Part shown: one piece after another, positions 10,301 to 17,642 of the stretch
Position numbering within the stretch: position 1 is the first letter of the stretch
How the letters are laid out: the number at the start of each line of letters is the position of its first letter
Assembly (NCBI GenBank): GCA_023133185.1
Contig: JAGLWX010000067.1
Span: forward strand, 1 to 39,662
Length of the DNA stretch: 39,662 nucleotides
Source: Fidelibacterota bacterium
GTDB lineage: Bacteria; Fidelibacterota; UBA2242
Direction of reading: 5' to 3'
Position numbers and translations under genes: made by a program
The notes under the pieces: model-generated
What the model was told of the DNA's origin: nothing
Databases searched by the model: none
The model's input: the letters and a program-made list of their open reading frames with translations, nothing else

Positions 10301-11935
10301 ACATACCAGGTTGAATTACCTCAGGCTTCCTACTTATTCCGGGCGTCTTCACCTCGATATATTACTGACAATGTTTTGGTGTTCATTGATGCGCAACCGG
10401 TGAACCTTGACTTTATCCTTGATACAACCTTAGCGGGTATTTTGCTTGTCGATGACGATAGCGGGAAACGGTCAATTGATAAAAACGATACCTACACTAT
10501 TGATCTCGGTGAAGGAAAAGGCAGCAGCGCCGTCGAGATTCAGAATGTGCTGGAATCAGATGGGTATTATGTTTTTAAAACAGTGTACACAAGTGGATTG
10601 TCTGCTGAATTGAGCGACTATGATATGGTAATTTCATCTTCCGGCTCAAATATGAGTCCGGTTGTTGAGGATGCCTATCGCCTGATGCTTGAGCAATATG
10701 TGGAAAATGGCGGAAAACTACTCATTGAAGGCGGTGAAGTTGGCTACGATGCAGCATATGACCCTGTATATCCTTCCTTTAAAGAAAAGGTGTTGCATAT
10801 AAATGAATGGAACGCTGATAAAGCCAATAGCTTGTATCGTCTCGTTACGGATCATGATCTGGTCACTCAGCCAAATGCGTTGCCCTATGAGATCGGGATC
10901 AATTACAGCAGCTTTGGCGATGAAGACGCCTGCACGCCGACATTAGATGCACAGATAATCTATTTCAATAATAATAGCTCGTTATATGGCGGAATTATCC
11001 TATATGAAGATCCTGAAAATATTCACGGTACGAAAGTAATCTTTTACACATTTGCTTTTGATAAACTTGCCGATGAAATTGTACAGAAGAATCTGCTTGA
11101 AAATACAATAGAGTTTTTACTGGCTGAACCGGATCTAATAAAGGGCGATGTCAATAAAGACGGCTCCGTTAACATACTGGATATGGTCAAAATTGTGAAT
11201 TTTATCCTTTATCCCGATCAACAGCCCGATGAATATGAACAGTGGGCAGCCGATTTAAATAGCGACCAGGATATCAACGTGCTGGACCTGGTCTGGGTGA
11301 TTAATAAATTGCTGGGACGGGAAGGATTTACAAAACCGACAGACTTTGTGGAAGGCAAGCTTGAAATCTTTCAGCAAAATGGTCAAATACAGTATAAAGC
11401 AAGCAAACCGGTCGCCGGTCTGGAAATCCAATTTGATTCGGACTGCTACCCGGTTTTTTCCAATCACATCATCGAAAATAATATGATAACAGCCCGAGCC
11501 GAAAAGAATAAATTGCTGCTTTACAGCATCAACGGAGATGATATATTGGCTGATGAGGGAATTATTGCGACACTATCATCTAATGGGAAGATTCAAAAAG
11601 TCATCGCTGCGGATCATTTCGGCAATAATGTCGATGTAAGTGTCGGACTTCTGCCCGGAAGTTTTGTATTGCACCGGAATTATCCCAATCCGTTTAATGC
11701 TTCTACGGTGATTCGATTTGACATTCCGGTTGAGACACATGTGACTATTGAAATATTTGATATACTGGGGCGGAAAGTCGGTATTTTGACGGATGAAAAC
11801 AAGCCCCCCGGATTTTACGAAATATTCTGGGATGGTCGTGGCAAAGATAGCAAAATTCTTCCCTCAGGAGTTTATTTTTATGCAATCACCGCCGGACAGT
11901 TTCACCGATTGCATAAGATGGCGCTCGTGAAGTAA
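7376..11935 (+). CDS. Gingipain-like C25 cysteine peptidase with dockerin and T9SS C-terminal sorting domain
   Basis: 1519-aa ORF with a signal peptide and a C25-propeptide-like N-terminus. LLIGDVEDVPAW is present. The putative catalytic His is in HYSGHGLEYEW and the Cys in FVISNACETGSY. CarboxypepD_reg-like units follow (VSGLVNDTNHQALAGVSI..; VSGSVTGNPSEQPLDAEIVLY..), then the dockerin GDVNKDGSVNILDMVKIVNFI / ADLNSDQDINVLDLVWVINKLL and the CTD HRNYPNPFNASTVIRFDIP..GVYFYAI..KMALVK. Confidence 0.88.
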   Translation: MNKLLYYITAMILLQSIIFGSVRLNDTNLDQSSYTITQFATSSELSLKITLEYLKISTVTENGKPFTRIDIPGEGFQYVVGKPRLPVIRKMIEIPEGCKVEWDITIDKEEVLSLRKNNYHEPILPVQPFQRKSDPKQQTFSIDKELYESDHFYQPGTIRIGSIFQMGGFRGAMFEFYPVDYNPVQNSLKIHSEVTIQIRFIKDRMDSEFFDKPKVPHPELSKIAREMFINFDEPKTEITPQPLNLLVIAGDRFVDHPDLQEYLKWKSQSGFYVILKSVSELGNTPESIKDSISAEYNGDTPPAYILLIGDVEDVPAWNGSESETETDVPYTQISVGDYIPDLMIGRFSVSSNEELSAVIHKSMNYEQCRYEDIEALNKITFISTDDDESWWIAEGSHNYVINNHLNPRGIQSDHIKGHSGGNTADIHRALNDGRTICHYSGHGLEYEWQGPEFTMTDIATLDSSSVSFFVISNACETGSYLMAECFGESWIRAENRGAFAFVGASNSSYWDPDDWMERRMYDGYFQEEKYSISAMVQRGLFENFQQNTSMGKYYYDIYNILGDPTIVPWIGIPKSLSVNYNPIHSTDSDLFDVVVQNEGVNVENAKVTLTRDWNIIGYGITDFDGRVSIILDSTMLQTGQMLLTVTGNQYIPYIDTVNVIHPLTVTLDTSAIPVGETTQKEITVHDSDANPYDSLEIYIAGWTVSADSLLGVTDSDGVLNFQILPKYGETLAIKGKNPEDENFLFSEPLQVSGGVSFQNAEISAGVPAYGVTDALLPGKVGIIQASCDESNCSIAVSGCGIDTVASGKIIEVVPEFTGVIRAGILMQGYNVFEESFAVKKVYGTVSGLVNDTNHQALAGVSIAGFLLPDTIDAVFNCVTNDAGEYSYQLSVEVGEYRIKASLFGYLSQTFDHIIQTGENTIGIEMNELARTMVSGSVTGNPSEQPLDAEIVLYRMDDNELPIYHTTVTTLASEGGTYQVELPQASYLFRASSPRYITDNVLVFIDAQPVNLDFILDTTLAGILLVDDDSGKRSIDKNDTYTIDLGEGKGSSAVEIQNVLESDGYYVFKTVYTSGLSAELSDYDMVISSSGSNMSPVVEDAYRLMLEQYVENGGKLLIEGGEVGYDAAYDPVYPSFKEKVLHINEWNADKANSLYRLVTDHDLVTQPNALPYEIGINYSSFGDEDACTPTLDAQIIYFNNNSSLYGGIILYEDPENIHGTKVIFYTFAFDKLADEIVQKNLLENTIEFLLAEPDLIKGDVNKDGSVNILDMVKIVNFILYPDQQPDEYEQWAADLNSDQDINVLDLVWVINKLLGREGFTKPTDFVEGKLEIFQQNGQIQYKASKPVAGLEIQFDSDCYPVFSNHIIENNMITARAEKNKLLLYSINGDDILADEGIIATLSSNGKIQKVIAADHFGNNVDVSVGLLPGSFVLHRNYPNPFNASTVIRFDIPVETHVTIEIFDILGRKVGILTDENKPPGFYEIFWDGRGKDSKILPSGVYFYAITAGQFHRLHKMALVK
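11144..11314 (+). other. Dockerin in the C25 peptidase
   Basis: GDVNKDGSVNILDMVKIVNFILYP...ADLNSDQDINVLDLVWVINKLL. Confidence 0.75.
11650..11932 (+). other. T9SS C-terminal sorting domain of the C25 peptidase
   Basis: LLPGSFVLHRNYPNPFNASTVIRFDIPVETHVTIEIFDILGRKV..GVYFYAITAGQFHRLHKMALVK. Confidence 0.8.
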
Positions 11936-11944
11936 TTTTCAGCG

Positions 11945-12307
11945 TGTTTTCTCTCCGTACCGTCAGTTAGAATACAGGCTACAGAGCAGAGCCCTGTAGC
12001 CAACCCGATAACTCAACCCCTCATTCCGGCTTTTCAAAAAGAATTGATTTTGGCGCTCTCCCCTTCTCTTTGAAAGAGAAGGGGACGGGGATTGAGTTCT
12101 ATTCTCCCATCTTGGGCCATTTCGCCGATAGGAATAACCCACCAATTTATTGGTGGGAATACGATACCACCATACCCGACCCGGATAACCGTTTTAACGG
12201 TTTAATAATGAAAACCCACAACGAATCGTGACAAACCGATAAATCGGTTCGTAGAGTGGTGATTGTAACACCGTATTCCCCACGCTAAAGCATGGGGCTA
12301 CTCCTAA
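11945..12307 (+). repeat. Structured 3' trailer (L element plus one H1-H2-H3-H4 hairpin unit), copy 1
   Basis: About 90-95% identical by eye to 32365-32702. Contains hairpins ggctacag..ctgtagcc (11977-12001), ccccttctctttgaaagagaagggg (12060-12084), H1 at 12138-12157, H2 at 12187-12202, H3 at 12234-12249 and H4 at 12278-12297. Confidence 0.85.
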
Positions 12308-12995
12308 TGTCATAGGATTAGCGCCCCGATTCACTTGTCCGGCGTAGAGACAGGAAAAACCTCATGCTGGTATCAACGCGGGAGCGTTGACACCAGTAAA
12401 TAAAATGTATGCAAAACCGTTGTATTATTAAAATAAAATCAATAATATCACTCCGAGCGGTAATCCTACAAACCGGGGTGGAGTAAAAATAAAGTACCGC
12501 AGTCAAATTCCGAGAAATCGGGATGGGACTGACGGTGCTACTGCATTGGAGGAGAGAATTTGGCAGAGTATCGAACATTTAAAAATATATCTTCACTTTC
12601 TCGTCTATTAATTGTTTTAATAGGCATTATTCGTTGTGATCCGGTGTCAAAAAATATATGAGTATAAACATCCGAATGGCTATGTTTGAGAAACTGCCCT
12701 TAAAATTTCTATTTGGTACTATATTTGCCAATAGCATTGATATTTTAATATAACTATTTGTTGAGGCTGCAAATGCCCTGAGTGAGCCATTTAAAGCATT
12801 AAATTTTATCTCAACAATTGATAATAAAAAGTTGAAAAAATGAATTAATATTCATATTATATAAACAATTACGAATGAAAAGTAAAAATCTAAATATTAT
12901 ATCACATAAAGTATCTCTATTTAGGTACTCTATTTGATGTTCTCCATATTAAAAAAAACCTTATGTCTTGTAAAATATAAATTTATGGCAGGTGT

Positions 12996-14258
12996 ATGAA
13001 AAAAACTCAATTAACGTTCTTGCTCTCCTTTTCTTTAATTCTGCTCACGTCTTACTCAACCGTTCTTGCCCAGGAAAAAGAGGCGATCGCCGTTCTGGAT
13101 TTCGAAAGTTTCGGAATTAGTGAATATGAAGCTCAATCCCTTACAAACAGGTCCCGAAGTCTTTTGGTCCGTACCGGTAAATACCAGGTTGTCGAACGGG
13201 GTAGAATGGATGAAATTCTGAACGAACAGGGATTTCAACAATCGGGATGTACATCTGAAGAATGCATTATTGAAGTCGGGCAACTGTTAGGTGTGAAATA
13301 TATGCTGGCTGGTGCAATTGGTCTGGTTGGTTCGACTTATACAATTGATATGCGGATAATCGATGTTGAAAGCGGCAAAATATTTAAAACAGCGTCTCAT
13401 GATATTGAAGGGAAAATTGATGATGTATTAAAAACAGGTTTAAAGCAGGCAATTAACAAACTTGTGGGTACAGCCAAACCCGAACGTCAAATTCCCAAAT
13501 CAAGTATCACAATAACGAGCGAACCTGTTGGCGCACAAGTACTCATTGGGAATAATCCAAGAGGCGTTACACCTCAAACGCTTACCGGTCTCCCTTCCAA
13601 TACACCAATCACAATCGGACTGGTGAAAGAGGGTTATGAACCCTATGAAGAAGTGATTGAATTGAAACCGCGGATGAATCCTCCCCTGAATATATCGCTC
13701 ACGAAACTGAGTGGTTTTCTTACCGTTTCAGGACAACCGGACAGCGCCAATATCAGAGTAGGCGCTCAGAAACTCGGAAAAACACCACAAGCAGATATTC
13801 CACTCGTTGTGGGAAATTATTTATTAAAAGTTACAAAACCGGATTATCTGACATTTAAACAGTCATTTGATATAACTGAGGACGAACTAACCCGGATTAA
13901 TTACAAATTATCGCCCGTTTCCAAAAAGAAAGCTTTTGCCTATTCTCTATTTATTCCGGGCACGGGACAGATATACCAAAACCGAAAATTCAAAGGGATC
14001 AGCATACTGACCGCAACCCTTGGACTCGCTTATTTATCCTATGATTCTCACTCGACCTATCTTGACCAACAAGACGATTGGATTACCCAAAAGGATATTT
14101 ATAATGCGAACATTTCACAACCGGAATTGTGGGAATCTCAGCGAGCTGCCGTACAAGATGCATTTGATGTGATGAAAGAAACCGAATCAAAGCGATATAT
14201 GTTTATTGGCGGCTTGGGGCTGGTATGGACCATAAATTTATTTGACATAATTTTTTAA
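12996..14258 (+). CDS. CsgG/LpoB-like plus PEGA-domain membrane protein
   Basis: 420-aa ORF with a signal peptide. The N-terminal domain is AIAVLDFESFGISEYEAQSLTN..VVERGRMDEILNEQGFQQSGC..GAIGLVGSTYTIDMRIIDVESGKI. PEGA-like units follow (ITSEPVGAQVLIGNNPRGVTPQTL; SGQPDSANIRVGAQKLGKTPQ). C-terminal hydrophobic segments are present. Confidence 0.8.
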   Translation: MKKTQLTFLLSFSLILLTSYSTVLAQEKEAIAVLDFESFGISEYEAQSLTNRSRSLLVRTGKYQVVERGRMDEILNEQGFQQSGCTSEECIIEVGQLLGVKYMLAGAIGLVGSTYTIDMRIIDVESGKIFKTASHDIEGKIDDVLKTGLKQAINKLVGTAKPERQIPKSSITITSEPVGAQVLIGNNPRGVTPQTLTGLPSNTPITIGLVKEGYEPYEEVIELKPRMNPPLNISLTKLSGFLTVSGQPDSANIRVGAQKLGKTPQADIPLVVGNYLLKVTKPDYLTFKQSFDITEDELTRINYKLSPVSKKKAFAYSLFIPGTGQIYQNRKFKGISILTATLGLAYLSYDSHSTYLDQQDDWITQKDIYNANISQPELWESQRAAVQDAFDVMKETESKRYMFIGGLGLVWTINLFDIIF

Positions 14259-14270
14259 TTGGAGCGATAG

Positions 14271-15095
14271 ATGAAACGTTTATTGATTTTTTCGTTAGTC
14301 GTTTTTTACTTTTTCAGCTGGCGTTGTGAAATTATAACCGATCCCGGCTTTGATAACCCCGTTGACAGTACGGCTTCCGAGCATATTCCGCCTCAAACTA
14401 CGATCCTTGCCGGGCCTGCAGATAATGAGGTTATTAATACTCATACTGTCACATTCAAATGGAGCGGTAATGAAACTGCGGCAGAATTTTTCTATAGTCT
14501 GGACACAAAGGCATGTAGTGATTGGACAAGCGATACGACCGCAACATTTGAACTGTTAGACGAAGGCGAGCATCTCTTTACCGTCGTGAGTAAGACGCCG
14601 GCAGGTGAAATTGAAGATAATCCTCCTCTGCGTCAGTTTCAGATCGATGCGGTAAAAGGACCGGCGCTGCGGTTTTATCCACGGAAAGTCAGGGTAGCAA
14701 CAAACGAGACATTTACTGTTGAAGTTGTCGTGGAGGAGGTGACTGACCTGATGGGATTGTACATTGAACTGCCCCTGAATCCAAACGGTTTGGAATTGAT
14801 TGATCGTGAAATCTACCTCGGAACCAGCGACTTTCTGTCCAAAGAAAGTCAAAATATTTTGACTGTTGATGTGGAAGATTTGACAAATAATCTGCTCAAA
14901 ATTACTCTCGGTCGCGTTTCGGATATCAATGCCGGAGTAAGCGGCACGGGCAAAGTCATTCAGCTGACCTATCGGCTGACAGGCGATCAAAATACATTGC
15001 TATCATTCACACCCAATTGCGCGATGGAAAACAGCCAGATTCAATCGATCGAGATACTTGAACGGGTCGATTGTGTGATAGAGGTGGGGGAGTGA
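14271..15095 (+). CDS. Cohesin-domain protein (N-terminal signal/anchor, Ig-like domain, cohesin-like domain)
   Basis: 274-aa ORF starting 13 nt after the PEGA gene with GGAG upstream. The cohesin-like segment is LRFYPRKVRVATNETFTVEVVVEEVTDLMGLYIELPLNPNGLELID..GVSGTGKVIQLTYRL. The last few codons run into the REP array. Confidence 0.75.
   Translation: MKRLLIFSLVVFYFFSWRCEIITDPGFDNPVDSTASEHIPPQTTILAGPADNEVINTHTVTFKWSGNETAAEFFYSLDTKACSDWTSDTTATFELLDEGEHLFTVVSKTPAGEIEDNPPLRQFQIDAVKGPALRFYPRKVRVATNETFTVEVVVEEVTDLMGLYIELPLNPNGLELIDREIYLGTSDFLSKESQNILTVDVEDLTNNLLKITLGRVSDINAGVSGTGKVIQLTYRLTGDQNTLLSFTPNCAMENSQIQSIEILERVDCVIEVGE
14661..15080 (+). other. Cohesin-like domain
   Basis: ETFTVEVVV..V.DL.G....L...P.GLEL pattern with a later G.SG.G.V pattern, as in non-cellulosomal cohesins. 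Confidence 0.55.
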
Positions 15096-15343
15096 ACTCA
15101 CCCCTTGATCCCCTCTCTTGCAAGAGAGGGGAAATCGGCGCACCTAAAGAAAAAGGTGAATCGGTTCCGGGTTTTATGGATGGTATCGATATAATCCCCA
15201 CGTTGAAACGTGGGGTTAACCCTAATAACGATCAATCGAACGTTTCAGATAGGGCTAACCCACCAATTCATTGGTGGGATAAAAGCGCCCCAACCCACCC
15301 CCAACAAAACCGTTTTAACGGTTTAAAAGACAAAGGGTAAAAA
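15096..15343. repeat. REP/BIME-like palindrome array upstream of the RAYT gene
   Basis: cccctctcttgcaagagagggg (15110-15131), half H3 (~15155-15168), H4 ccccacgttgaaacgtgggg (15196-15215), H1 cccaccaattcattggtggg (15259-15278), H2 aaccgttttaacggtt (15308-15323). Confidence 0.85.
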
Positions 15344-15787
15344 ATGTCCCATTCATACATCGCCAATTGGCTGCACATCATCTGGTCAACCAAAGACCGG
15401 GATCGGTGTCTATTCAAAGGATCAGCGGTAAAGATCAGACAGCACTTCCTTGAAAAAGCCGAAGAAAATAATGCTCCGATCGAAACCATAAACATTCAAC
15501 CGGAACACGTACATATATTGATAAATCTCCCCGCCACGAAATCCCTGGATTCGGTGGTGCATCAGATGAAAGGTGAATCGTCCCATTGGATCAATGATGA
15601 GAAATTGTTAAAAGGACATTTTCATTGGCAGAAGGGATACGGGGCGTTTTCAGTGAGTGCGTCGATGGGGGAACAGGTTAAGGAGTATATCAAAAATCAG
15701 GAAGAACACCATCGGCGAAAGACATTTGCGGAAGAGTATGAGGAGTTTTTGGAGAAATACGGATTTGAGGTCGATAGTGATTTTTAA
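15344..15787 (+). CDS. REP-associated tyrosine transposase (RAYT), Y1/IS200-like HUH family
   Basis: 147-aa ORF. The HUH motif is in QPEHVHILINLP and the C-terminal Tyr box in VKEYIKNQEEHHRRKTF. The N-terminus WLHIIWSTKDR is typical of the family. There is no TnpB partner, and both flanks are palindrome arrays. Confidence 0.85.
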   Translation: MSHSYIANWLHIIWSTKDRDRCLFKGSAVKIRQHFLEKAEENNAPIETINIQPEHVHILINLPATKSLDSVVHQMKGESSHWINDEKLLKGHFHWQKGYGAFSVSASMGEQVKEYIKNQEEHHRRKTFAEEYEEFLEKYGFEVDSDF

Positions 15788-16150
15788 AGTAAAAACCGAT
15801 AAATCGGTTCCCGGGTATTGTGTTGGTGTGATCATGTGCCCCCCGATAAATCGGGGGGTTAACCCTAAACGCATATCCAAACCATCACGCCATGGGGCTA
15901 ACCCACCAATTTATCGGTGGGATTTGGATGATCATCTCGTATTTCACACCTATTTTAATGGGGGTTTTGAAACCGATAAATCGGTTCCAGGTTTAATGGA
16001 TGGTAACGACATGGTCCCCACGTTGAAACGTGGGGTTAACCCTAATCGAGATTCATTAAACAATGCGTGTAGGAATAACCCACCAATTTATTGGTGGGAT
16101 AAAAACGCCCCAATTCCCCCAAAAATTAACCGTTTTAACGGTTTAATAAT
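15788..16150. repeat. REP/BIME-like palindrome array downstream of the RAYT gene
   Basis: H3 15794-15809; chimeric ccccccgataaatcgggggg 15839-15858; H1 variant 15902-15921; H3 15971-15985; H4 16016-16035; H1 16079-16098; H2 16128-16143. Confidence 0.85.
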
Positions 16151-16181
16151 GAAAACCTCCAATAAACAAAAAGGAACCATT

Positions 16182-16262
16182 ATGATTCCGATTAAACGAA
16201 TCATCACAATCACGACAATATTCATCGGACATAACCTGCTTATTCTGCAGACAGCCCGCGCA
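16182..16262 (+). repeat. 81-bp duplicate of the first 27 codons (signal peptide) of the giant gene
   Basis: atgattccgattaaacgaatcatcacaatcacgacaat..ctgcagacagcccgcgca matches 17643-17723 with a few mismatches (MIPIKRIITITTIFIGHNLLILQTARA vs MIPIKRIITITTIIFGLNLLILQTARA). The reading frame stops 7 codons later. Confidence 0.9.
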
Positions 16263-16279
16263 TTAAATAAAAAAGGTGT

Positions 16280-17077
16280 TTGAGATTGAGTAATAAAGAA
16301 AAACAAACCTTTCCTATTGAACAAATTAAACACCGTATTTATTTCATACGTGATGTACAAGTAATACTTGATTGTGATCTATCCATAATTTATGGTGTCG
16401 AAACCAAGCAGGTTAATAGAGCAGTTAAACGTAATGAAGATAGATTCCCAGAAGAATTTATTTTTCAATTGACTAAAAAAGAATGGCAAAACTTGAAGTT
16501 CCAAACTGGCACTTCAAGTGAACATGGCGGCAGAAGAAAACTACCATATGTTTTCACAGAACAAGGAGTCGCAATGCTCTCCGCGGTATTGAGGAGTGAT
16601 CGGGCGATAAAAGTAAGTGTGCAAATTATTAACGCCTTTGTTGCCATGCGAAAATTTATCGGCAGCAATGCAAAACTATTTCAGAGAATAAATCAAATTG
16701 AACTAAAGCAATTAACGGATAAAAGCGAAATCGATGTGAAATTTGAAAGAATCTTTGATGCTATCGAACAAAAGGAAATTTCACCGAAACAAGGCATTAT
16801 ATATAATGGCCAAATTTTTGACGCCCATGCCCTGGTGTCCAAAATTATACAGTCGGCAAAAAAGTCTATTATCATTATCGATAATTATATTGATGACAGC
16901 GTCTTAACATTATTAACGAATAGAAAAAAAGGCGTCCGGGCAAAAATATACACCAAATCCATTTCAAAACGATTAGCGTTAGATATTAAAAAGTTTAAAA
17001 ATACTGGGGAAGCTCAAATGAATACAACGAAAAAACCGATGAATCGGTTCCGGGTTTCATGGATGGTAACGTCATGA
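16280..17077 (+). CDS. ORF6N/KilA-N-like DNA-binding protein, probably 3'-truncated by the REP array
   Basis: TTG start at 16280 or 16286, preceded by aaggtg. The N-terminal pattern IYFIRDVQVILDCDLSIIYGVETKQVNRAVKRNEDRFPEEFIFQLTKKEW is typical of ORF6N proteins. The C-terminal part IIIIDNYIDDSVLTLL..IYTKSIS..LALDIKKF breaks off into repeat-derived sequence (TKKPMNRFRVSWMVTS). From memory, family members continue about 60-80 aa further. Confidence 0.6.
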   Translation: MRLSNKEKQTFPIEQIKHRIYFIRDVQVILDCDLSIIYGVETKQVNRAVKRNEDRFPEEFIFQLTKKEWQNLKFQTGTSSEHGGRRKLPYVFTEQGVAMLSAVLRSDRAIKVSVQIINAFVAMRKFIGSNAKLFQRINQIELKQLTDKSEIDVKFERIFDAIEQKEISPKQGIIYNGQIFDAHALVSKIIQSAKKSIIIIDNYIDDSVLTLLTNRKKGVRAKIYTKSISKRLALDIKKFKNTGEAQMNTTKKPMNRFRVSWMVTS

Positions 17078-17560
17078 TCCCCATGCTAAAGCATGGGGTT
17101 ACTCCTAGTCGCGCTTATCCGAATTATACGTGTAGGAATAACCCACCAATTTATTGGTGGTCAGTGGAATCCATAATCCAAAGCCCAAACCGTTTCAACG
17201 GTTTATTACATAACCATGATGGATCGGGATGGATATGTACCACCACACCAATCCCCATATATAAAACCGATGAATCGGTTCTTAGAGGTGGTGGTTGTGA
17301 CACCATATTCCCCATGCTAAAGCATGGGGTTACTCCTAGTCGCGCTTATCCGAATTATACGTGTAGGAATAACCCACCAATTTATTGGTGGGATAAAAAC
17401 GCCCCAACGCCATCCGATAACAACCCCCGATACATCGGGGCAGGCTGTTTCAACGGTTTAATAACGAAAATCCCCAGCCCCTTTCTGGCTGAGGGCAGCG
17501 AATGGGGAGAGAGACGGAACTCAACCCCCTGCCCCTTCTCTTTGAAAGAGAAGGGGAGAT
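17030..17560. repeat. REP/BIME-like palindrome array (two full H3-H4-H1-H2 units) immediately upstream of the giant gene
   Basis: H3 17034-17049, H4 17079-17098, H1 17142-17160, H2 17188-17203, H3 17265-17280, H4 17310-17329, H1 17373-17392, chimeric ccccgatacatcgggg 17425-17440, half H2 ~17447-17460, ccccttctctttgaaagagaagggg 17532-17556. The H3-to-H3 period is 231 bp. Confidence 0.85.
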
Positions 17561-17642
17561 CGCATCAATCATTGTTTTTTGCAATACTTTTTCCAGGGGA
17601 TGAGTTTGTAACCAACAACCAATCAAAATATGAGGATGTCCT

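Noticed and set aside
15657-16283. 208-aa + strand ORF. Similar ORFs are 15071..15340, 17059..17646 and 33202..33438, plus minus-strand 11963..12145, 12318..12578, 15268..15495, 16088..16360 and 17450..17731.
   Set aside because: They are translations of the palindrome arrays, giving recurring peptides such as NPPIYWWDKNAP, RFNGL and LKRGVNPN that come from H1/H2/H4 DNA. Because the DNA is palindromic they are open on both strands. They have no start context, and 15657.. overlaps the RAYT 3' end.
16182-17077. Integron-like gene cassettes, with small ORFs followed by imperfect palindromes resembling attC.
   Set aside because: There is no integron integrase or attI. The palindromes are short perfect hairpins in multi-unit arrays rather than single 60-140-bp attC sites, and the adjacent RAYT provides a better-supported explanation.
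15096-17560. Possible CRISPR array, given regularly spaced short palindromic repeats; the same applies to 32365-33450.
   Set aside because: The repeats belong to at least four different sequences in a fixed order. The 'spacers' are themselves conserved between units, the period is irregular (180-235 bp), and no cas genes are present. A REP/BIME-type array explains it better.
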